From: Minisyncoccia bacterium
GTDB taxonomy: Bacteria > Patescibacteriota > Minisyncoccia > Phycocordibacterales > UBA918
NCBI GenBank assembly: GCA_964229335.1
Contig: CAXRCZ010000007.1
Span: 1-64,000, forward strand
Direction of reading: 5' to 3'
DNA length: 64,000 bases
Positions 40,310 through 48,816 of this stretch are shown here, piece by piece. The position numbers were made by a program, and so were the translations under genes. Within the stretch, counting starts at the first letter, position 1, and every line of letters starts with the position of its first letter. Under the pieces are notes generated by a model. That model ran no database searches. It saw only the letters and a list, made by a program, of their open reading frames with translations, and was not told the origin of the DNA.

Positions 40310-41005
40310 ATGGATCCTTCGTACGTTGCCATCGCGCTATTGGCTGGACTTGTCCCTGCTCTTTTCTGGCTATGGTTTTGGTTGCGTGAAGATAAAGAGC
40401 ATCCGGAACCATATTTATTGGTAGCACTAAGTTTTTTGGCAGGAATGCTAGTGGTACCAATTGCACTACCCTTGCAAAAATACGCTATTGATATATATGA
40501 CGGAAAAACAGTGGTGCTCGTCTGGGTCATACTGGAAGAACTTCTCAAATATGCCGCCGCTTTGATAGTCATATTATGGAACAAAGAAGTGGATGAACCA
40601 ATAGATATGGTCATTTACATGATAACCATCGCACTTGGCTTTGCAGCGCTTGAAAACGCCTTGTTCATCTTTAATCCGCTGATTAGCGGTGCGTACCTTG
40701 ACTCTGCCCTTACTGGTAGCTTCCGATTTGTCGGCGCTACCCTCTTACATGTGCTAGCTTCAGCTACTGTAGGTGTATTCTTAGCTTTTGCATATTACAA
40801 GAGTCGATGGACTCAGATGTTGTTTGGAATGGTTGGGTTATTCATTGCTATCGTATTGCATGCCTTATTTAACTTTTTTATAATGAATGCAAGCGGAGAA
40901 ACTATTTTAGGAGTTTTTCTCGTCGTGTGGATGGGAGTAATACTTCTCTTTTTCCTATTTGAAAAAATAAAACGCATCCGACGACCAGCCCGTCGATTAC
41001 GATAA
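40310..41005 (+). CDS. PrsW family intramembrane protease
   Basis: EELLK, GFAALEN, conserved His residues in TM helices. Confidence 0.88.
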   Translation: MDPSYVAIALLAGLVPALFWLWFWLREDKEHPEPYLLVALSFLAGMLVVPIALPLQKYAIDIYDGKTVVLVWVILEELLKYAAALIVILWNKEVDEPIDMVIYMITIALGFAALENALFIFNPLISGAYLDSALTGSFRFVGATLLHVLASATVGVFLAFAYYKSRWTQMLFGMVGLFIAIVLHALFNFFIMNASGETILGVFLVVWMGVILLFFLFEKIKRIRRPARRLR

Positions 41006-41011
41006 GTACCT

Positions 41012-41527
41012 ATGAAAAAACCCTCATTTTTAGAAAGAATAACTGGCAGCAGCCAATCAGACGACTATGATCGTGTCTTGGATGATTCTCATCACTTTGG
41101 CGACGATGATGCCGACATGGATTTAAATGTCTCTTTTTCTGATGATGCTGATGAAGAATGGGAGGACTCTGTTTCAAGCAACGAACCGCGTGAGGGTGAG
41201 TTGCCGGTAGATATGTATCAAACAGACGACGATATTGTAATTCGAGCTCTAGTAGCTGGTGTTAGTCCTTCTGACTTAGATATCTCAATCACCCGCGATA
41301 TGGTTACTATCCGTGGCTCAAGAGAAGAGTTCCAAGAGGCTCACGACGATAGTTATTTCCACAGAGAATTATTTTGGGGTAGTTTTTCTCGTACCCTACT
41401 CCTACCTGAAGAAGTGGCTATTGATGAAGCTGACGCCCAAGAAAAACACGGTCTCTTAGAAATAAAGCTACCAAAACTCGATAAGCACCGCACCACGCAA
41501 CTCAAAGTGAAAGCGGGTAGTAAATAA
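41012..41527 (+). CDS. Hsp20/alpha-crystallin family protein
   Basis: PVDMYQ, WGSFSRTLLLP, HGLLEIKLPK. Confidence 0.9.
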   Translation: MKKPSFLERITGSSQSDDYDRVLDDSHHFGDDDADMDLNVSFSDDADEEWEDSVSSNEPREGELPVDMYQTDDDIVIRALVAGVSPSDLDISITRDMVTIRGSREEFQEAHDDSYFHRELFWGSFSRTLLLPEEVAIDEADAQEKHGLLEIKLPKLDKHRTTQLKVKAGSK

Positions 41528-41530
41528 CCA

Positions 41531-41712
41531 GTATCCTTACTAGGAATCGGGGTCAAGTTTCTAAACTCACTTCGTTCGTTAAGAACTTCCTCCCCGGACT
41601 CGCTGACAAGCCCTCGCTACGCTCGTCTTGTGTACCAGCTCCGTCTTTCGATTCCTAGTAGTGTACTACCAACAGCAACGCCCTGAACGCGTTCGTGTTC
41701 AGGGCGGCTGAT
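41531..41712 (-). mobile_element. Target-foldback structured element, tRNA-Arg copy
   Basis: Fold-back copy of T-arm at 41647-41659; core cggagc...gcgagtccgggg...agttctt...ttagaaact; duplication 41531-41549 vs 41715-41733 (17/19). Confidence 0.72.
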
Positions 41713-41787
41713 TGGTGTCCTCACTAGGAATCGAACCTAGATTTGCTCCTTAGGAGGGAGCCGTTTTATCCATTAAACTATAAGGAC
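41713..41787 (-). tRNA. tRNA-Arg(CCT)
   Basis: rc: GTCCTTA...gctcc-ctCCTaa-ggagc...GGTTCGATTCC...TGAGGAC-ACCA. Confidence 0.93.
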
Positions 41788-41852
41788 AATTAATTTTCCT
41801 AGAGTAGCACAAAGTCACTATAATCAACTACTCTTTTGCTATACTGGTAACT

Positions 41853-42131
41853 ATGTCGGATAAAAATAAAATACCCGAAGTAGAGTGTCGGCACACTGAA
41901 GAATTGGAGGAAATGATAACTGAGAACAAAGAGCTCTTATCTAAAAACAATCAGTTACTAAACAAAATCCATCGGAGTATGGTGTGGGGATTCTGGTTAC
42001 GTATCCTATGGGTAGCTATAGTATTAGGATTACCTTTCTTGCTGTATTACTATCTCTTAGCACCTTACTACGAATCATTTCAGGACACTTTTGAGGTATT
42101 CGGTATTGATATCAATCAATTGGAGTTTTAG
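41853..42131 (+). CDS. Hypothetical small membrane protein
   Basis: Coiled-coil + TM; TATACT 7 nt upstream of ATG. Confidence 0.7.
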   Translation: MSDKNKIPEVECRHTEELEEMITENKELLSKNNQLLNKIHRSMVWGFWLRILWVAIVLGLPFLLYYYLLAPYYESFQDTFEVFGIDINQLEF

Positions 42132-42212
42132 CGTATAAGTAGATTGAATTAATTGTAAAAATCGGTACAATAGCGAGCACTCCTTAGTTGTGGAGTAAAA
42201 TAAATACCTAAT

Positions 42213-42286
42213 GCTCAGGTAGCTCAGTTGGTTAGAGCACTGGTCTGAAGAACCAGGTGTCGGCAGTTCGAGTCTGCCCCTGAGCA
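42213..42286 (+). tRNA. tRNA-Phe(GAA)
   Basis: GCTCAGG/CCTGAGC, ctggt-ctGAAga-accag, GTTCGAGT. Confidence 0.95.
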
Positions 42287-42383
42287 CAAAAAGAGACGGC
42301 TTTTCTGCCTCACAAAAATACCGCTCACCTGAGCGGTATTTTTGTATTCCAAGCTTTCGAGAAATCTTAGTCAGATTCTCAAG

Positions 42384-42533
42384 TCATGAAATATCGTTGG
42401 TTTCTAAGACTTTCTCAGTTCGAGTCTTCTCATATGTCGACAGAACCTCTTCCAGTCGTCCTTCTCGCTGCAGTCGTATGAAGATTGTGGCGCAAATATC
42501 GATGTATTCTTCCAGCCATTCGTCGTGAGTCAT
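42384..42533 (-). CDS. Small hypothetical protein (49 aa)
   Basis: MTHDEWLEEYIDICATIFIRLQREGRL...; -10-like TATCTT 6 nt upstream. Confidence 0.45.
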   Translation of the reverse strand: MTHDEWLEEYIDICATIFIRLQREGRLEEVLSTYEKTRTEKVLETNDIS

Positions 42534-42670
42534 CAGAATAAGATAGCTCTCCTGAGTCACGGCACAAGTTGACAGATTCACGATATGTGATTGAATTCAG
42601 GTAGGTTTTTCCTGGGTTAACCACCCGCCACTCAAAATGAGCTGGCGGAAGCTGGCTCGGGAGATGTTCA

Positions 42671-43165
42671 ATGAAGACTGCAACACAATCGACCTTCCCG
42701 ACCTGGAAAACAGTCACGGTCGGGAATCTCGGAAGCGCTCAAGAAGCTCGCAAACGCCTCGAAGATGCTGGCATCAGGATCGGCGACTGGGGTGACGATA
42801 TTCTCGAACGGGCTACCTTCGAGGATACGGAAACTCCGCTCGACCTGGTTCGGGTGTTGGTCAAAGAGCTGGGACTGGAAGACGGTGCGACCACAGCGCA
42901 GATTTACGCTGCTGCCGAAAGTCACAACCTCTCGCTCTGCCCTGCCGAAGCGGCCCCGCAGCTTTGGCTACATGACCACGATCTGTTGCCCCGTGGCGAA
43001 TGGTCGCTTGTGGCAATGGAAACCATCGTGGACTCGGGAGGCGATCGTAACGTGTTCCGCGTGGTATGCGACGACTTCGGGCGCTGGATCTACGCTCGTA
43101 ACGGTCACCCCGACCGCAGGTGGGACAGCAACGTTTCTTGGATGTTCGTTCGTAATCCCAAGTAG
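42671..43165 (+). CDS. Hypothetical protein in GC-rich islet after tRNA-Phe
   Basis: 164 aa, GGAG RBS, LCPAEAAPQL motif, terminator at about 43186-43217. Confidence 0.75.
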   Translation: MKTATQSTFPTWKTVTVGNLGSAQEARKRLEDAGIRIGDWGDDILERATFEDTETPLDLVRVLVKELGLEDGATTAQIYAAAESHNLSLCPAEAAPQLWLHDHDLLPRGEWSLVAMETIVDSGGDRNVFRVVCDDFGRWIYARNGHPDRRWDSNVSWMFVRNPK

Positions 43166-43400
43166 CTATTGCTAGCTACCGCAGACCCTCGATGCATTCG
43201 TGCATCGAGGGTTTTTATGTACGGTCGCGCTGAGAGAGTCGCTCTTACGCGACATCAGCAATCGGCGGCTCAACAGAGTCGTCGTTTGCGTTTTGGAGTG
43301 GTTCGAGTTGCTTGATAGAGTGAAGGACTCTCAGATCAAAAGTTCGAGAATTGTCCCGTGCATCTGCACAAAGAAACCCCGCCCTTGGCGGGGTTTTGAC

Positions 43401-43635
43401 TGCTCAGGGAGCAAGCAAACTGCTTTGCTTGCGTGCAGACTCGAACGCCGGAACGATGTTTTCAGCTCATTACCTGGAGCTGAAAACGAGCGAGGCGTGT
43501 CCCGCGGCACTTGCTGAATTGAGTATCTTGATACTCAATTCAGCCTTGTGACCGCCAGGACGAGTCAATGTCCCTAAGCAATATTTTGAGCATCACGAAC
43601 AAATATACTTAGTAACTCGTGACCGAGTCTGCTCC
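43401..43635 (+). mobile_element. Target-foldback structured element, tRNA-Phe-derived copy displaced by about 1.1 kb
   Basis: tgctcaggg (43401-09) and gcagactcgaac (43435-46) = rc of tRNA-Phe 3' end, split by a CTGC hairpin; ttagtaactcgtgacc; cgagtctgc (43624-32) direct copy. Confidence 0.7.
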
Positions 43636-43741
43636 TTCTTTTAGATAAGAAACTAATGTGATTTAGCAATATTACTTGACAGTTCGTTATTTTAGTGTAT
43701 TATTTAGATAGTTTATAGCACCCTAAAAATTGGAGGCGCAG

Positions 43742-44158
43742 ATGGGTCTTGAAATGATTGGCATTATGCCTTATGGAGAATACAAGAATTTCTGCCGCTC
43801 GCTCCAGTCACTTTTGGATCGAGCTCACATTAAAGATGAGGCTGTGATGTTCTGTCCAGCCTGTACCGGAAAGCAAGCCAGCTATGATACTGCAGAACAC
43901 TACATCATCAAGGCGAACTTCTCGAACCACATCGTCATTCACGATATCGACAAAATACAACGAGCTGCTGCTCATCTTGCTGAAATCAGGGCTCGTACCA
44001 TCGTCCTTGTTGGATGTCGTGTGCCTGAAGGTGAGCCTGGTTCCGATGTCGACTTCAACTTCGGTATGGCGGTAGGGTCGATCCGGCACCTTCCTAAAGG
44101 TGTCTATATTGCTCTCAACGGAGCTGTCGTACCTTGGCGCGAATATAGCCCAAACTAA
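43742..44158 (+). CDS. Asparaginase-domain-like protein, catalytic residues degenerate
   Basis: TIVLVG.RVP...SDVDFNFGMA...GVYIALNG resembles type I asparaginase N-domain; GGAGG RBS; TTGACA promoter. Confidence 0.6.
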   Translation: MGLEMIGIMPYGEYKNFCRSLQSLLDRAHIKDEAVMFCPACTGKQASYDTAEHYIIKANFSNHIVIHDIDKIQRAAAHLAEIRARTIVLVGCRVPEGEPGSDVDFNFGMAVGSIRHLPKGVYIALNGAVVPWREYSPN

Positions 44159-44227
44159 AACACCTACGCGCAAGCGGGAGACTCATCCGCTTCGGTGGGT
44201 GTTTTCTCTTATTTTTCACTGTAACAA

Positions 44228-44267
44228 AAAATCACCGCGTTAATGCATGCATTAACGCGGTGATTTT
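44228..44267. terminator. Spacerless 40-bp perfect palindrome
   Basis: aaaatcaccgcgttaatgca|tgcattaacgcggtgatttt. Confidence 0.7.
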
Positions 44268-44281
44268 ATTATCTCTATAAA

Positions 44282-44515
44282 TTATTCTATCTCCAGTAGT
44301 TCTTTTAGCTTTGGTTCATCAAACCCGATAAGAACATCATCCCCTATTCGTATCACTGGCACTCCCATTTGACCAGTCATTTCAATCATTTCTTCACGTT
44401 TTTCAGCATCAGCGGCTACATCGTGTTCGGTATACTCAATATTGTGATCCTTGAAAAATTCTTTCGCTGACTGACAAAAATGACAAACTGGGGTGGTGTA
44501 AATTGCTACTTCCAT
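44282..44515 (-). CDS. Glutaredoxin/NrdH-like redoxin
   Basis: YTTPVCHFC, GVPV, GFD. Confidence 0.9.
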   Translation of the reverse strand: MEVAIYTTPVCHFCQSAKEFFKDHNIEYTEHDVAADAEKREEMIEMTGQMGVPVIRIGDDVLIGFDEPKLKELLEIE

Positions 44516-44577
44516 AAATATGAGTTTATATCTTAACTGCTATAGTATACCAAATTTACCGAGACGCCGTAAGCGAC

Positions 44578-44961
44578 TTATCGCCAGAATTCGTACCATT
44601 TTCTCTCTTCGGTTTGAGCCTCTAGGGGCAGTATTACATTTGCTCCCTGGTCATTTTCAGCGTCTACTATCACCACTACTTCTTCTTCAGGTAGGGCCAC
44701 ATCAAACTGTCTTCTCATTTCCGCCTCCATTCCGCGGTCATCTTTGAGGTATTTTACTTTTTCTTCTAGTTCTACCTTGCGGGTTTGTAGTTCCTCTACT
44801 TCTCGTTCAGCTTCAGCTCTGCGGTCTGACATTTGATCAGCAATGTTGTACCTCGTATAGGCACTCATAGCCACCAGAACGGCCAGTATCAGCAAAAATA
44901 TTCTGGTATAGACAGAAGTTAGAACAGCTCTGATTTTCCGTTTTTGGTAAAAATCAAACAT
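44578..44961 (-). CDS. Septum formation initiator (FtsB/DivIC-like)
   Basis: TM + coiled coil + EAEMRRQFDVALPEEEV. Confidence 0.75.
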   Translation of the reverse strand: MFDFYQKRKIRAVLTSVYTRIFLLILAVLVAMSAYTRYNIADQMSDRRAEAEREVEELQTRKVELEEKVKYLKDDRGMEAEMRRQFDVALPEEEVVVIVDAENDQGANVILPLEAQTEERKWYEFWR

Positions 44962-45000
44962 GAATGAGCAAATGAGTGTGATAACACGAATATTGCGAAT

Positions 45001-45060
45001 TTATGCCGGCGTTTAGCCAGAATCGACCTATCAAGGGAGATTATGGCTGTAACGAGCGGC
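45001..45060 (-). repeat. 60-nt conserved hairpin motif, copy 2
   Basis: 55/60 identical to 23064-23123. Confidence 0.75.
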
Positions 45061-45163
45061 CAATATAATCTTTCGCAGACATAAATCTGTGTGGAAAGAC
45101 ACACCACTACTATACTACCATCAACCCTTAAAATTATTAGTATCTTCAGGTAGAATAGAGCGT

Positions 45164-45283
45164 ATGAGTATACTATTTCATAAACGTGGCAAGAAAGCGG
45201 TGAAGTGGGTTTGGATTGTGTTTGCAGCCATTATCGCAATCAGCATGATTTTTGCCTATTCTGGTGGTGTAGGAGCGGTGTAA
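45164..45283 (+). CDS. Small membrane protein (39 aa)
   Basis: MSILFHKRGKKAVKWVWIVFAAIIAISMIFAY...; TAGAAT 7 nt upstream. Confidence 0.55.
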   Translation: MSILFHKRGKKAVKWVWIVFAAIIAISMIFAYSGGVGAV

Positions 45284-45285
45284 AT

Positions 45286-47070
45286 CTAATCATCCTTCAA
45301 CATACCCATAAACACAGATGGTGGGATGTGGACTTTACCACGGGCTAGAGCTTTTTGTTTACCTTTCTTTTGCTTTTCTCGAAGCTTCATTTTTCGAGTA
45401 ATATCACCACCGTAGAGACCGGCTGTCACGTCCTTTCGTAGGGCTGAGAGCTTTTTAGTGGCAATAATTTTACCCATGACCTTAGCCTGAATTTTGGTCA
45501 CAAACTGCTGTTGCGGCAGAGCTTTGTACAACTTGTCGACAATCGCTTTAGCTTCAGTATCAGCTCGAGACATGCCGACTACTCGAGAGAACGCTGGTAC
45601 TATTTCTTCTGCTACCAACACGTCCAACTTAGTAACGCTGGCTGGCCGTATTTCTGCAATCTCATAAGAAAAAGAGGCGTATCCGCTGCTAGCATTCTTC
45701 AATCTATCAAAGAATCCTCTCATAAGTTCGCGAAGTGGCATTTCAATCGACAAGAGGGTGCGGCCATCACTAAATACCTCAGTATCTATCACGGACCCTT
45801 CGTGCTCATATAACAAAGTAAGAATGTTACCCATATAATCACTTGGCATCAGTATCTGGCCCAGTACCCAGGGTTCTTTAATACTGGCTTTTTCTCCATG
45901 TTCAGGAAACCGAGTAGCAGCATAGATTTCTTCGGTTTGCCCATCAGGCCAAGTCACCTCGTAGGAAATAGATGGTGCGGTAATAATAATCTCAATCGCA
46001 AACTCGCGTTTCAAGCGCTCGGTAATTATCTCCAGGTGAAGCATCCCCAAGAATCCACATCTGAAACCTCGACCTAATATACCCGACGACTCTTCCTCAA
46101 AAGAAAGCGATGAGTCGGATAATTTAAGGCGCTCTAGAGCTTGTCTCAAACTTGTAAACTCATCTTGGTTTTCTGGAAAAATAGACGCCCAGACCACTGG
46201 TCTTGCTAGCTGATGACCAGACAAAGGTGCTACTTCTGATTTATTAGGAATCAAGGTGTCCCCCACACTTGCCACACCGGGCTCTTTAATACCGGTGACT
46301 ATATAGCCGATTTGTCCGGCTGTCAGTTCTGATTGTGGAGCTTCTTCGGGCTTGACCACACCCACATCCAAAGCCGTGAAAGATCGTTTACTGGCAGCAA
46401 ATTGCAGTACATCGCCTTTTTTGACCGAACCATCAAACACTCGCATAAACACGATGATGCCGCGATGGTTGGAGTATTGAAAATCAAAAATTAATCCTCT
46501 ATATTCCGACATTAGCGGTTCCCGTGGGGCTGGAATAGTTGCGCATATAGCCTCGAGTAGCTCTGGCACACCTTCACCAGTCTTTCCCGATACTAGTAGT
46601 ATGTCCTCTTTATTACAATCCAACAATTTTGTCACTTCTTCCCCTACTTCATCAGGGCGAGCGTGTGGCATGTCGGTCTTAGTGAGAACTGGGATGATAA
46701 CTAATCCAAGCTCCTTGGCCATTTGCAGCGTGGTCAGAGTTTGGGCTTGTATACCTTGGGTACTGTCTACCAACAGTAAAACACCCTCGACTGCTTTTAG
46801 TGCTCGAGAAACTTCATAGGAAAAATCGATGTGTCCGGGTGTATCAATTAGATTCAATTCAAATTCTCCCGAATCATTTTGATACTGCATAGAAACGGGC
46901 TGCATTTTGATAGTAATGCCACGCTCACGCTCCAGCTCCATTGAATCCAAAACCTGGGCTTTCATTTTTCGGTCTTCTACCGTTTTTGTCGCCTCTAGCA
47001 TTCTATCTGCGAGAGTACTTTTTCCGTGATCTATGTGAGCAATAATGCTGAAATTTCTGATATTTTTCAT
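45286..47070 (-). CDS. lepA: Elongation factor 4
   Basis: IRNFSIIAHIDHGKSTLADR, GFRCGFLGMLH, YGGDITRKMKL. Confidence 0.97.
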   Translation of the reverse strand: MKNIRNFSIIAHIDHGKSTLADRMLEATKTVEDRKMKAQVLDSMELERERGITIKMQPVSMQYQNDSGEFELNLIDTPGHIDFSYEVSRALKAVEGVLLLVDSTQGIQAQTLTTLQMAKELGLVIIPVLTKTDMPHARPDEVGEEVTKLLDCNKEDILLVSGKTGEGVPELLEAICATIPAPREPLMSEYRGLIFDFQYSNHRGIIVFMRVFDGSVKKGDVLQFAASKRSFTALDVGVVKPEEAPQSELTAGQIGYIVTGIKEPGVASVGDTLIPNKSEVAPLSGHQLARPVVWASIFPENQDEFTSLRQALERLKLSDSSLSFEEESSGILGRGFRCGFLGMLHLEIITERLKREFAIEIIITAPSISYEVTWPDGQTEEIYAATRFPEHGEKASIKEPWVLGQILMPSDYMGNILTLLYEHEGSVIDTEVFSDGRTLLSIEMPLRELMRGFFDRLKNASSGYASFSYEIAEIRPASVTKLDVLVAEEIVPAFSRVVGMSRADTEAKAIVDKLYKALPQQQFVTKIQAKVMGKIIATKKLSALRKDVTAGLYGGDITRKMKLREKQKKGKQKALARGKVHIPPSVFMGMLKDD

Positions 47071-47131
47071 AACAAGAGTGACATCCTAGCCGATGACAGT
47101 GGCTTTACTCTACCTGAGAATATAAAAATTA

Positions 47132-48808
47132 CTAGAGTCGTTCTGGTTCAGGAGCGATGACGTCTGTTTTTAGAATCTTTGACTTAAATGAATAGTAGAT
47201 TTCCTGTAGTTCTGGTGCTCTAAGTACATAGTATGTTAGTGCAGAACCGACGATTCCGGCGACCCCAGCTACCAGCCCTTGTAGTGAAATACCAATAAAG
47301 GTGTTTTGATTGATACCGTCTACCACAAACGTCAGACTGGCGTAGGCGATGATACCACCCACCATACTGGCTAGAATTGCCTTTAAGGTAAGCTTATATA
47401 GCGGACGATAACTAATCCCAAAAGTTTTTCGAGACAAGAATACTAACATCACTAGCTGTAGTAGTTGACTCACTGTAAAGGCAAAAGCAAGGATGAGTAC
47501 CTCTGCTCCAATAACATCTTGCAAACGGAACATATCTCTAAGTGCTATTTGCCAAGCCGGCTGAGTCACATAAAAATCAACTAACAAGAAAGCTGTGATA
47601 ATTGCTAATCCTGAAGAAATACTAGCCACTAAAAATGGCACAAGTGTGCGTCCGCCAGCATAAAACGCTCGAAACAAAAGTAACAAGATAGCTTGTGCAA
47701 ATAACGATATAACGAACACTGCTAACACTGCAGCTGTCAATCTTGTGTCTGCCCAATCAAACGCGCCACTACCGAGTAATACACGTACAATCTGCGCTCG
47801 TAACACCACAATCAAGACCATGATAGGAATTGACCAAAATATTATGTGCCGCAGTGCAGTCAAAAGATGTAAGTTAAACTCTTTAGTCTTCCCTTTTGCC
47901 AACATACGGGACAGTGTGGGAAATGCTGCTACTGAATAACTCATACCAATAACCGCCAGTGGCACGGATTGCAAATTAAAAGCGAACTGGAATACCGACA
48001 CAGACCCCGCTGCCATGGTGGTTGCGATACCAATTAAAAGCAATAAAACCAATTGATTTACGGATAAAGTAAGTCCGCGTGGTATCGCTACGACTAGAAT
48101 TTCTTTGATTAACTTCCATTCAATTTTATGCTGCCAGGTAAATCGATACTGGCTTGTAACCACAAATGGAATCTGTATTGCCAAATGCCCCAAAGCACCA
48201 ATAACAACACCGAGCGCTAGTCCAGCCAACCCAAAGAATTGGTAAAACACTGTGATACCGATAATAATTCCTAGGTTATAAAATAACGGACTGATAGCAT
48301 ACAAGACGAACCGATGTCCGATTTGGGTAACCACCCCACACAGACTGGATAGTCCCAAGAAGAAGGCCTGCAAGAGTAATATTTGTAGTAAAACTGTCAG
48401 TGTACCCGCCTCAGTGGCCAAACCGGGAAATATGTATGGTACATACCATGGCGCAGTGATTGCCAATACCCCAGCCACAACGCTGAAACCAATCAAGAAT
48501 AACGAGAATACTTGACTGATAACAGCAACACCAGCCGCGATACCGTTCTTTTCTTCGGCTCGATTAACAAACGGTAGCAAAACATATACAGACAGTATCG
48601 AGGCAAATAATACGTACAATAAATCTGGTATACGAAAGGCAGCGTAATATATATCAAGTTCAGGACCAGCGCCGAATATATGCGCTAACAACCTATCTCT
48701 TACTATCGCGAGTAGCTGTGAACCAATAGCAAACAGGGCCAGGATATACGCGGCTTGATGTAAGCCGCGTATTTCTTTATACATGAGATCAAAAACTCTG
48801 CGTACCAT
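47132..48808 (-). CDS. murJ: Lipid II flippase MurJ
   Basis: RDRLLAHIFGAG..DIYYAAFRIPD; multi-TM. Confidence 0.9.
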   Translation of the reverse strand: MVRRVFDLMYKEIRGLHQAAYILALFAIGSQLLAIVRDRLLAHIFGAGPELDIYYAAFRIPDLLYVLFASILSVYVLLPFVNRAEEKNGIAAGVAVISQVFSLFLIGFSVVAGVLAITAPWYVPYIFPGLATEAGTLTVLLQILLLQAFFLGLSSLCGVVTQIGHRFVLYAISPLFYNLGIIIGITVFYQFFGLAGLALGVVIGALGHLAIQIPFVVTSQYRFTWQHKIEWKLIKEILVVAIPRGLTLSVNQLVLLLLIGIATTMAAGSVSVFQFAFNLQSVPLAVIGMSYSVAAFPTLSRMLAKGKTKEFNLHLLTALRHIIFWSIPIMVLIVVLRAQIVRVLLGSGAFDWADTRLTAAVLAVFVISLFAQAILLLLFRAFYAGGRTLVPFLVASISSGLAIITAFLLVDFYVTQPAWQIALRDMFRLQDVIGAEVLILAFAFTVSQLLQLVMLVFLSRKTFGISYRPLYKLTLKAILASMVGGIIAYASLTFVVDGINQNTFIGISLQGLVAGVAGIVGSALTYYVLRAPELQEIYYSFKSKILKTDVIAPEPERL

Positions 48809-48816
48809 ACCGCTTC

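Noticed and set aside
42671-43165. Possible diversity-generating retroelement target
   Set aside because: No template-repeat/variable-repeat pair with adenine-specific differences and no reverse transcriptase seen in the window.
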